Below are positions 8,750-17,474 of a stretch of DNA of 32,000 nucleotides, one piece after another. Within the stretch, counting starts at the first letter, position 1. Each line of letters starts with the position of its first letter. Made by a program: the position numbers and the translations under genes. The notes below the pieces were generated by a model that was given only the letters and a program-made list of their open reading frames with translations, had not been told where the DNA came from and made no database searches. This DNA comes from Promethearchaeia archaeon (lineage in GTDB: Archaea > Asgardarchaeota > Lokiarchaeia > Sigyniarchaeales > SOKP01), in NCBI GenBank assembly GCA_046497275.1, contig JAWOFX010000079.1:1-32000 (forward strand), in the 5' to 3' direction.

Positions 8750-10819
8750 ATGTCGAAAGAAAGGATTAAAAGCCAAGTTTGGAGGGACTTTGGTGCATTA
8801 AATGAAGAGGAAATAGACCAGAAAGCTCGTGAATTATTGGGGATGATGTCATTGGAAGAGAAAGCACACCAGATGTCGGGCGATGATTCTTTATTACATG
8901 GAATTGGGATGGCAATTCATTATAATAAGTATCCAATTCCCGCCGGTGTTGATAAGAAATTAAATATTCCCGGAGTTTTATTCGCAGATGGTCCGCGCGG
9001 GGTAGTATTGAATAATTCTACTTGCTTTCCTGTTTCAATGGCAAGAGGTGCAACTTGGGATAAGGATTTAGAAGAGAGAATTGGAAATATAATAGGAATA
9101 GAAGCAAAAGCACAAGGAGCCAATTTCTTTGGAGGTGTATGTATTAATCTTTTGAGACATCCTGCATGGGGGAGAGCACAAGAAACATATGGAGAGGATT
9201 CATATCTTTTAGGTGAACTGGGATCTGCTTTAGTAAAAGGAACTCAAAACCATATAATGGCATGTGCGAAACATTATGCGTGCAATAGCATGGAAAACGC
9301 AAGATTCAAGGTGAATGTAAAAATAGATGAAAGAACGCTTAGAGAAGTATATTTATCTCATTTTAAAAAGTGTGTAGATCAAGAGGTGGCGTCTATAATG
9401 AATGCGTATAATCGAGTAAATGGGAGATATTGTGGTCATAATCCTCATTTAATTAGAGAGATTTTAAAGAAGGATTGGGGATTTAAAGGATTTGTTATAA
9501 CAGATTTCCTTTTAGGTATACGTGATGGCAAAAAAGCAATTAAGGCAGGAATAGATATTGAAATGCCTTTCCACTGGAGAATGAAGGCGAAAAAGATAGT
9601 AGAATGGGTAAAAAATGGCGAGATCGCTGAGGAATTAGTTGATGAAGCAGTATTACGCATTTTGAGACAAAAGATAAAATTCTCAAAAGAGCAAAATCCC
9701 CAATATTATAACATTGATAAAGTTGCATCAAAAGATCATACTAATGTAGCCTTGGAAGCTGCGCGAAAGAGTATTGTGCTTTTAAAAAATGAGAAAAATA
9801 TTCTCCCATTAGATAAAAGTAAAATTAAAAATATTGCGATAATAGGAAAGTTAGCAAAGAAAGAAAATCTAGGAGATAAGGGCAGTAGTAGAGTGTATCC
9901 TTCCTATACCGTGACCCCATATGAAGCTCTTGAAAGAGTAGCAGAAAATTATTTTAACCTTTCATACTCATCAGGTAAAAAGAAGGAGAAAGCTCAAGAA
10001 ATAGCTAGTAAGGCGGATGTTGCTATAATTTTTGTAGGATATACTGATAAAAACGAAGGGGAATACGTCTTTTCTAAAGGTGGGGATAGAGATGTTTTAA
10101 CTTTAAATCCTGAAGACGAGGAGTTAATTCTGTCAGTTGCTGAAGTGAATGAAAAATGTATTGTAGTAATGGAGGGAGGAAGTTCAATTATAACAGAATC
10201 TTGGAGGAGTCATATTCCAGCGATCTTGATGGCATGGTATTCTGGGATGGAAGGAGGGACTGCTATAACTGAAATATTATTTGGTAAAATTAATCCTTCT
10301 GGTAAGCTTCCAGTTGTTTTTCCAAAATCCCAAGATCAGCTGCCATTTTTTGATAAAAAAGCCAAAGAAATTGAATACGGATATTATCATGGATATAAAT
10401 TGATGGATAAAGAAGGATACGAACCTGCGTTCGCATTCGGATTTGGTTTAAGCTATAATACATATTCTTATTCAAATCTAAAGATCACTCCAGATAGAAT
10501 TAAGAAAGGAGATTCTACAAATATCAGCATTGATGTAAAGAATAATGGAGAATATGCAGGAGAGGAAATAGTTCAGGTGTATGTAGGATATAAGAATTCT
10601 ATCGTGGATCGTCCTGTAAAGGAACTTAAAGGCTTTGAAAGAGTGAAACTAAATCCGAGAGAGAAAAAAACCATCAAAATAGATCTAGATTCAAATGATT
10701 TAGCCTATTATAGTATCGATAAAAGCAAATGGATAATTGAAGATTTAACGTATAATGTTTTTGTTGGACCTTCCTCTGAGGATCAAAAGCTAGTTAAAAC
10801 TTCATTTGTAATTGAATAA
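8750..10819 (+). CDS. Glycoside hydrolase family 3 (beta-glucosidase-like) with C-terminal Fn3-like domain
   Basis: DGPRGV, GRAQETYGED, AKHYACN, VITDF (nucleophile Asp), SIVLLKN, PSGKLP, FGFGLSY, KELKGF motifs. Confidence 0.95.
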   Translation: MSKERIKSQVWRDFGALNEEEIDQKARELLGMMSLEEKAHQMSGDDSLLHGIGMAIHYNKYPIPAGVDKKLNIPGVLFADGPRGVVLNNSTCFPVSMARGATWDKDLEERIGNIIGIEAKAQGANFFGGVCINLLRHPAWGRAQETYGEDSYLLGELGSALVKGTQNHIMACAKHYACNSMENARFKVNVKIDERTLREVYLSHFKKCVDQEVASIMNAYNRVNGRYCGHNPHLIREILKKDWGFKGFVITDFLLGIRDGKKAIKAGIDIEMPFHWRMKAKKIVEWVKNGEIAEELVDEAVLRILRQKIKFSKEQNPQYYNIDKVASKDHTNVALEAARKSIVLLKNEKNILPLDKSKIKNIAIIGKLAKKENLGDKGSSRVYPSYTVTPYEALERVAENYFNLSYSSGKKKEKAQEIASKADVAIIFVGYTDKNEGEYVFSKGGDRDVLTLNPEDEELILSVAEVNEKCIVVMEGGSSIITESWRSHIPAILMAWYSGMEGGTAITEILFGKINPSGKLPVVFPKSQDQLPFFDKKAKEIEYGYYHGYKLMDKEGYEPAFAFGFGLSYNTYSYSNLKITPDRIKKGDSTNISIDVKNNGEYAGEEIVQVYVGYKNSIVDRPVKELKGFERVKLNPREKKTIKIDLDSNDLAYYSIDKSKWIIEDLTYNVFVGPSSEDQKLVKTSFVIE

Positions 10820-10825
10820 AAAACC

Positions 10826-10835
10826 TTTGTTTTTT
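10826..10835 (+). terminator. Candidate archaeal oligo-T terminator of the GH3 gene
   Basis: TTTGTTTTTT 7 nt after the stop codon, in a convergent intergenic gap. Weak evidence in an AT-rich genome. Confidence 0.3.
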
Positions 10836-10860
10836 AATTCAAATTATATTATTCTCATTT

Positions 10861-11559
10861 TTATTTCTCTATTGAGTAATTTACTGCTGCTTCTGCATGA
10901 ATAGTCATTGTATCAAATAAATATATATCAATATCACTTTGTTTAATTAATAAAGGTATTTCAGTACATCCAAGAATTATTCCTTCTGCTCCTCTCTTAA
11001 TAAGATTTTCAATAACCTCTAAATATTTCTTTTTGGAAGACTCTTTTATTTCTCCAACACATAATTCCTTGAAAATAACATCATTAATCATTTCTATATC
11101 TTCTTGAGATTCAGGGATGATTACATCTAAATCATATTTTCGTTTTAATCGCCCTTTATAGAAGTCTTGTTCCATAGTGTATTTAGTTCCTAACAACCCA
11201 ACTTTTTTTAAATTCTTTTCTTTTATCTTTTCTGCTGTTGAATCAGCTATATGGATTAGCGGGATATCTATGCTATTCTGTACATCTTCAGCCATTATAT
11301 GCATTGTATTCGTACAGATTAAAATCATCTCTGCACCCGCTTTCTCAAGTGTTTGAGCACATTCTATCATTTTTTGAGTTAAATCATCCCAATTCCCTGC
11401 GCTTTGCATTTTCTCAATTTCTTCAAAATCCAGAGAATACATTATAATCTTACCCGAATGGAGACCCCCTACTCTTTTTTTTATGCTTTCATTAATTATT
11501 CTATAATATTCAAGGGAGGATTCCCAACTCATACCTCCAATCAAACCAATTATTTTCAT
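10861..11559 (-). CDS. Aspartate/glutamate racemase family (YgeA/RacX-like amino-acid racemase)
   Basis: IGLIGGMSWESS, CTNTMH, LLGT-x-x-TME and ILGCTEIPLL motifs. Confidence 0.92.
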   Translation of the reverse strand: MKIIGLIGGMSWESSLEYYRIINESIKKRVGGLHSGKIIMYSLDFEEIEKMQSAGNWDDLTQKMIECAQTLEKAGAEMILICTNTMHIMAEDVQNSIDIPLIHIADSTAEKIKEKNLKKVGLLGTKYTMEQDFYKGRLKRKYDLDVIIPESQEDIEMINDVIFKELCVGEIKESSKKKYLEVIENLIKRGAEGIILGCTEIPLLIKQSDIDIYLFDTMTIHAEAAVNYSIEK

Positions 11560-11610
11560 TTTATCTTATCTCTCCTCTTTTACTTCAATTCTTTAAATTA
11601 TGAAAGATCT

Positions 11611-11931
11611 TTATATTCCTTCGCACCATAGATCTTTTATCACTTTATCTTTTAATATTGGTTCTACTTTAAAATCTTCTTCTACTTGTGTTAAACATGC
11701 TAAGCATGACTTATCATTGACCCTAACTAAACATCTCCTACAAAACCCTAATCTGCAATTGATAAAAAAAGCGATACTAGGGTCCAGATTCTCTCTTACA
11801 TACATTAGACAATCTTGTACACTCATAGCCCCATTTAAAGGAATTTCATAAGTTTCAAAATAAGGTTCCTTATCTTCATATGGATCATATCTAAAACATT
11901 TCATTTTTATTTTTTTTCTGTTAATTTCCAT
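11611..11931 (-). CDS. Stand-alone 2Fe-2S protein (N-terminal domain of SdhB/FrdB only)
   Basis: FRYDP, C-x4-C-x2-C...C (CRLGFCRRC...LAC) and VIKDL. Ends at 106 aa with no 4Fe-4S/3Fe-4S domain. Confidence 0.85.
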   Translation of the reverse strand: MEINRKKIKMKCFRYDPYEDKEPYFETYEIPLNGAMSVQDCLMYVRENLDPSIAFFINCRLGFCRRCLVRVNDKSCLACLTQVEEDFKVEPILKDKVIKDLWCEGI

Positions 11932-11937
11932 TTTATG

Positions 11938-11943
11938 ATCACC
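11938..11943 (-). promoter_or_regulatory. Shine-Dalgarno-like GGTGAT for the 2Fe-2S gene
   Basis: Minus strand reads TAA-GGTGAT-CATAAA-ATG, immediately after the flavoprotein stop. Confidence 0.55.
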
Positions 11944-13767
11944 TTAATCTTTCTTTAAGGAAGCTGTCGCAACTCCAATAGCTTCTTGATAAGTTAGTTT
12001 GCCACTTGGCAATGGGATTTTAGTCGTTATAGGATCTTCAAATTTAATATCAATTTCTGCATCTTTCTTTTTTAAAACAATATTTTTTAGCCAATTATCA
12101 TTATCTGTGAGGGTGATATCTTTTCGATAGAATTCTCCACGACTCTCTTCTCTTAATAAAGAAGCTTTTGTTGATAAATATAAACATGTAATCATATTAC
12201 GTAATTCAATCGATCTTACCCATTCAAAATTTAATTTTTTCGATTTTGAAGAGCTAACATAAACTCTTTCGATTTCGTTATCTAACAAGTCTTCTAAATC
12301 TTTGATCCCTTTTTCTAAATTTTTACCATCTTTTATAAGACCAACCTTTTTTCCTGATATTTCATGTACTTTCTCTTGTAATTGATTAGGTGAAATCCCT
12401 TTTTCTCTTTTAAGCGGTCTATTTATTCTTTTTATTATATCCTCGACTTGGGCAAAATTGATATCTGTTTGATCATTAGATTTCACATATTTAGGAGCTA
12501 TTTCACCCGCAATTTTTCCTTGAACTCCCGCTTCAGTACACGCTGATGCAACTCTTACTGCCCCCCATAATCCTCCTGAGCATTCCCCTGCTGCATATAA
12601 ACCCGAAATGTTAGTTTCTGTATTTTCATTTATTCTAATACCTCCTCCCATATAATGAGCTCCATTGCCTACTTCAACATCTTCAGTTTTTAATTTTTCT
12701 AATAGTTCTGGTAAAAGCTGAGTAAATTCATAACGAGTGTCTTTCATTTCGTTTTTAATTCTGTGGTTCGCCATTTTAATTAACATATCAATAAAACGTT
12801 CTCTTGTATGTTTTATAGAAAAGAATATTCCTCCATGAGGTCCATCACGACCTTCTTCTATTTCTAATTGTGAGGCTATAGAAACAATTTCTTTAGTACT
12901 CTGCTCCAGGTTTTCAGGATCGTATTTCTCCATAAACCTTTCTTCTTTGTTGTTTAATAACTTAATCGTTTTATCAAAGGGTTCTATCTCGCTTATTATA
13001 TACAAAATGATGCTCCCTCTATCTTTAGGGGGCCACACCATTGTAATTGGGCAAAATTGTACCATTTCCATTGAGATTAATTCTGCTCCAGCTCTATATG
13101 CCATGGCAATTCCATCTCCAGTTAGATCTTCTGGTCCAGTATTGAATGGATATGCTCTGTGCCAACCGCCCGTAGCCATTATCACTGCTTTGCATTTAAT
13201 GAGTATAATCTCTCCTGTAGTAATTTTTAATGCGAGTGCGCCTGCTATCGTTCCATTACTCACTAATAAATCTATAACCATCGTATCCTCTAAAATTGGG
13301 ATTTCGAGTTCCTTAATCTTTTTTCGAATCGCATTAACCCATGAAATTCCCGAACTTAAAATTCCTCGTGCCATCTCTTCTGTATGAGCAGATTCATAAC
13401 TATGTATTCTCATTCCCCAATTCATCAAATCTTCCATAGCTTTAGGGGCATATTCAACGTATTTTTCCATCATCTTTTGATTCCCCAGATATAAACCTTC
13501 TCTTATAAGGGTTTCAAAAAATAGATCAGGACTGTCCCGATCATCTCCTTCAAATCCTAAAGCTTTAGCTGATAATCCGTCAACATTAAAATCCGCACCA
13601 GCCATCTGAGAAGCTCCACATTGCCCAATCTTTCCTTTGGTCACAATCAATATGTCTACATCAGACTTTGAAGCTTCTATAGCTGCGTGTCCACCAGCAC
13701 CTTCACTTCCAATGATTAATAATTCAGTAGTTATAGTCTCATCATATAAATTTTCATTTTTTCCCAT
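11944..13767 (-). CDS. SdhA/FrdA/NadB-family FAD-binding oxidoreductase
   Basis: LLIIGSEGAG FAD motif, ATGG, TGDG-x-AMAYRAGA, ME-x-VQF, HYMGGG, GLYAAGEC, REESRG. Lacks the His for covalent FAD. Confidence 0.88.
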   Translation of the reverse strand: MGKNENLYDETITTELLIIGSEGAGGHAAIEASKSDVDILIVTKGKIGQCGASQMAGADFNVDGLSAKALGFEGDDRDSPDLFFETLIREGLYLGNQKMMEKYVEYAPKAMEDLMNWGMRIHSYESAHTEEMARGILSSGISWVNAIRKKIKELEIPILEDTMVIDLLVSNGTIAGALALKITTGEIILIKCKAVIMATGGWHRAYPFNTGPEDLTGDGIAMAYRAGAELISMEMVQFCPITMVWPPKDRGSIILYIISEIEPFDKTIKLLNNKEERFMEKYDPENLEQSTKEIVSIASQLEIEEGRDGPHGGIFFSIKHTRERFIDMLIKMANHRIKNEMKDTRYEFTQLLPELLEKLKTEDVEVGNGAHYMGGGIRINENTETNISGLYAAGECSGGLWGAVRVASACTEAGVQGKIAGEIAPKYVKSNDQTDINFAQVEDIIKRINRPLKREKGISPNQLQEKVHEISGKKVGLIKDGKNLEKGIKDLEDLLDNEIERVYVSSSKSKKLNFEWVRSIELRNMITCLYLSTKASLLREESRGEFYRKDITLTDNDNWLKNIVLKKKDAEIDIKFEDPITTKIPLPSGKLTYQEAIGVATASLKKD

Positions 13768-13787
13768 TTCAATTCCACTATTAATAT

Positions 13788-14336
13788 TTACTCCTTTTTA
13801 GTTATATATCTAAAATGACATATCTTATCTCCTAACATCATCCTCTCGGGAAGTTCGAGTGTAAGATCAGGATTATAACCATTTAAAATTGCTTGATCAA
13901 CATATTGACAATAAATTTTGCCGTATTCTTCTAAATTCCACTCTTTACATGCGTTACAAAATACACAATCTCTTATAATAAGTTCTAGGTTCCCATCAAC
14001 TATTTTTGGTCTATATTTTAAAATACTTCGACTGTCCAAATCACCATATATGAAAAAATTTTTGAGATTCAATTCTTTCCCTAAGGATTTTACTAAATCT
14101 GCTATTCTTCGACCTCGTTCTTCACCATATTTTTTAACTGCCGTTTCCATTACTTTCCTACCTTCCTCTCCAAATTTATTAATAGTCTCAAGAGCAATAA
14201 TACTAAAAAACTGTGCAAACATCCCGAAGAAATGTGTTTTATATGTATCTCCAACCTCACTTTGCCCTTTCAAAATGTCCATTAAATCTTCATTTGTAAA
14301 TCCTTTAGAATTGTTTGAAATTTTAATCGCATCCAA
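13788..14336 (-). CDS. L-2-amino-thiazoline-4-carboxylate hydrolase-like (V4R/HNOX clan) protein
   Basis: FGEEG...A-x-x-x-YG-x-ERG, C-x-x-C-x-x-x-x-x-W...G-x-x-YC-x-x-D...G-x-NP...G-x-x-x-C-x-F pattern. TTG start. Confidence 0.7.
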   Translation of the reverse strand: MDAIKISNNSKGFTNEDLMDILKGQSEVGDTYKTHFFGMFAQFFSIIALETINKFGEEGRKVMETAVKKYGEERGRRIADLVKSLGKELNLKNFFIYGDLDSRSILKYRPKIVDGNLELIIRDCVFCNACKEWNLEEYGKIYCQYVDQAILNGYNPDLTLELPERMMLGDKICHFRYITKKE

Positions 14337-14453
14337 AATTTAATTTAATTTTACAATCTAATGTAGGATTCTAAAATTTATAAATATAAAATAAACGTCT
14401 TTTTTTTTAAGGCAAAAAAATTTTTTATTAGAAATTATTATAATTTATTAAGA

Positions 14454-15383
14454 ATGACAGAGATAGTGGAAATTTCTGGAGTCAAATTACATCTCTCTGA
14501 TCCGACAGATGTTCAATTAGAGTGGGTTGGAAATGAAGATTTAATTAACCAAATGAAAGCAGCATGGTTAATAGTGGATGAAGAGGATTTATCACTGACT
14601 CCAAGAATTCTTGGGAAACCGGGAGTTGGTAAAACTACTTTAGGTTATGCAACCGGTAAAAGACTTGGAAAAGATGTATATATATTTCAATGTACTATGG
14701 ACACTCGACCCGAAGATCTTCTTATAAGTCCTGTGATCGCATCGGATAAGTCAATAAAATATGTTGCAAGTTCATTAGTTTCAGCGATGATAAAGGGAGG
14801 AGCATGTCTATTAGATGAGGGAAATAGAATGAGTGAAAAAAGCTGGGCATCTTTAGCACCTCTGATGGATAAAAGAAGATATATTGAAAGTATTATAGCA
14901 GGTATCAGAGTTTATGCTCATCCTGATTTTCGTCTATGCGTAACTATGAACAATGATGCCAGCACGTATGAAGTGCCAGAATATATCCAAAGTAGGTTGC
15001 AACCAAAAATAGTTGTAGATTTCCCAAATAGAACTGATGAGTTAAAAATACTAAAATACAATCTTCCATTTAGCTCGGAAGAAATCTTAAATTATTGTGT
15101 AGATTTTTTACAAAATGCGCACAATCATGAAGAGAGTTATGTCGTGAGAGATGGGATGCATATTGTTCAATATTACATGAAACAGAGAGTCTTAAAAGGA
15201 TTTAATAAGAATGAATTAGATAAAAATCAATTTAAAATTGCTATTTCTAAAATTCTTGAAGCTCATGCCATTAGATACTGTCCAGAAAACTATGAAAAAT
15301 TTCTTGAAGAAAGCCAAAATAAGCCAATAAAAGAATTTTTTGATGAGAGTGATTTTGATTCTGATATGTTTAGAATGGATTAA
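14454..15383 (+). CDS. MoxR-family (CbbQ/NirQ/dynein-related) AAA+ ATPase
   Basis: Walker A GKPGVGKT, QCT-x-D-x-x-x-EDL, Walker B LLDEGNR, HPDFRLCVTMN, SRL. Confidence 0.88.
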   Translation: MTEIVEISGVKLHLSDPTDVQLEWVGNEDLINQMKAAWLIVDEEDLSLTPRILGKPGVGKTTLGYATGKRLGKDVYIFQCTMDTRPEDLLISPVIASDKSIKYVASSLVSAMIKGGACLLDEGNRMSEKSWASLAPLMDKRRYIESIIAGIRVYAHPDFRLCVTMNNDASTYEVPEYIQSRLQPKIVVDFPNRTDELKILKYNLPFSSEEILNYCVDFLQNAHNHEESYVVRDGMHIVQYYMKQRVLKGFNKNELDKNQFKIAISKILEAHAIRYCPENYEKFLEESQNKPIKEFFDESDFDSDMFRMD

Positions 15384-15443
15384 AGAATTTTTTAAATTTT
15401 ATTTAAAGTAAAAAAAGCTCGTTAAAAAAAATAAAGAATTATT

Positions 15444-17429
15444 ATGGAAAACCTTCCATTTATTAAATTTAAAAATCTCTATGTTATTCCAACTTTTCAT
15501 TTTAGAATAGAGTTTGCCAAGTTTGTCAAGGAAGCTTTCTATAAAATTTATCCTGATATAATTGCTGTAGAATTACCCGGAAATATTAAAGAAGAAGTAA
15601 TTGAAGCCGTTGACAGACTTCCTTATTTATCTTTAATTGGTTATGCGGATACTCTACAATCAAAAAAATTGAATTTTATTCCAATAGATCCGGGAGATTC
15701 TATTATCGAGGCAATACGTATTGGACATGAACATGATATAGAAGTTGAATTTATTGACTTTTCTGTTAAAGAATACCAACCTGAAAGTTTGATATTGCCA
15801 GATGATTATGCTCTAAATAAAGTTGACTTCCAAGAATTTTATAATATTGTCTATCATAATTTTAAGCGAGAGATTAAAAAAAAGAAAGAAAAATTGAGAG
15901 AATCGATAAAATTCAAAGAGTATATCCTTAATGAAGAAGAAAGAGAATATGATAATATTGAAATTGACATTTTAAGAGAACAATATATGGCATCTTATCT
16001 CTTAGAAATAATGCCTATGTACCATAGAATTGTATTTATTTGTGGAATGGCACATTGGGAGGGAATTAAATTTTATTTAGAAAATCCTTTCCTTGTGAGT
16101 GATGTGGATATTAACATCATTCCCCAGAAATATGTCAAAATATATAATATTCGTGGCTCAGATGCTCGTTTTTTATTGAAAGAATTACCATATCACACGA
16201 ATAAATGGTTAAGTTTTAGAAGCGACCTAGCAAAAACCATTTTTAATGGAATTAATACTCCGGAAGAATTGGATAATTTAATCGGGAATTTCGATAAAAA
16301 CAAGCATATTGAAGAAATATTATTAAAATCAAAAGAAAGATATCAAAAAGAATTTAAAGAATTTATAGATTTACATAAGCTAAAAACTCTCTTTCAATAC
16401 ACGAGAAATTTAGCCATTATCGAGGATCGCTTATTACCTAATCTTTTTCATCTAATTAGCGCTTCGAAAAATGTGGTTGATGATGATTATGCGTGGAAGG
16501 TTCTGGAAACTGCAACCTACTATCCTTATGATGATAAAAGCGAGAATTATGATAGTTTAAAATTAACAGGGGAAGCTGGATATGATCCTGATGGTCGATA
16601 TATTAAATTAAGAAGATCGCAACCTTATTATAGTCAAGAGCACAAAGAGATCCCATTAGATAAGAAACCAAAAGAAAAATATCCTGGAGAGTGGAGAGAT
16701 GAATGGGAAGAAGGAAAATGGAATATTGTTTCCTATCCTCCAGAAGATAAATTAGAGGAGGAGTATTTTGCCTTCATTAGAAAAAAGGCTATTAAGAATT
16801 TACAAGATCAAAGAATTAATATTGAAGAATTCAAATCAAGTATTAAGGATGGAATTGCAATTAAAGAAACGATACGGGAATGGGGGATCAAACAAAAAAT
16901 ATATGTGAAAAACGAACAGCAAATCCAAGGGAAGGTGGATACATTAATTGTTATTTTTGATGAAGATGAAAATGATCCTGAGAAATATCCATATAAGTTA
17001 ACATGGTGGGCAGAACATGACAAGGAGAGCAACATGGCATTTTATGCTACTAATCCTGGAGAATATCTAATCGGACCAGGTATATCTCACGTTGAAGTTG
17101 GTGGACTCTTATCTATATATCCACCGATCTATATCACCCAGGTATTTGAATCTTACAGTGATTATCTCTATAAAGATGTGAGAAATAAAGCAGAAAGGCT
17201 TCTCAAAACAGGAATCCTTTATTCACGAGAAAAACACATTGTTTATGTGGCTGAAAAACCTCCGCGAAAATATTTCTATTCTTTGGCGGGAGTTAAACAT
17301 CGAAATCTAGTCTATATTCCCTTAGATCACTTCTCTCAAGAATCCTTGAAAACAATAAAACATATACACATTCTCGCAGGGAAGAATAAAAGAAAAATAG
17401 CACCTAAATACATTTTCTTGGATAAATAG
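15444..17429 (+). CDS. Conserved hypothetical MoxR partner with TraB/GumN(TIKI)-like N-terminal domain
   Basis: P-x-x-H...PDIIAVELP...RE-x-x-MA...VFICGMAHW motif order. Lies 60 bp downstream of the MoxR gene on the same strand. Confidence 0.6.
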   Translation: MENLPFIKFKNLYVIPTFHFRIEFAKFVKEAFYKIYPDIIAVELPGNIKEEVIEAVDRLPYLSLIGYADTLQSKKLNFIPIDPGDSIIEAIRIGHEHDIEVEFIDFSVKEYQPESLILPDDYALNKVDFQEFYNIVYHNFKREIKKKKEKLRESIKFKEYILNEEEREYDNIEIDILREQYMASYLLEIMPMYHRIVFICGMAHWEGIKFYLENPFLVSDVDINIIPQKYVKIYNIRGSDARFLLKELPYHTNKWLSFRSDLAKTIFNGINTPEELDNLIGNFDKNKHIEEILLKSKERYQKEFKEFIDLHKLKTLFQYTRNLAIIEDRLLPNLFHLISASKNVVDDDYAWKVLETATYYPYDDKSENYDSLKLTGEAGYDPDGRYIKLRRSQPYYSQEHKEIPLDKKPKEKYPGEWRDEWEEGKWNIVSYPPEDKLEEEYFAFIRKKAIKNLQDQRINIEEFKSSIKDGIAIKETIREWGIKQKIYVKNEQQIQGKVDTLIVIFDEDENDPEKYPYKLTWWAEHDKESNMAFYATNPGEYLIGPGISHVEVGGLLSIYPPIYITQVFESYSDYLYKDVRNKAERLLKTGILYSREKHIVYVAEKPPRKYFYSLAGVKHRNLVYIPLDHFSQESLKTIKHIHILAGKNKRKIAPKYIFLDK

Positions 17430-17474
17430 CTATGAAATTCAAAAATGTAGTGAAAAAATGAAAGAAAAATAAAA

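Noticed and set aside
12947-14343. Plus-strand ORFs 12947-13387 and 13918-14343
   Set aside because: They are antisense shadows of well-supported minus-strand genes and have no motifs.
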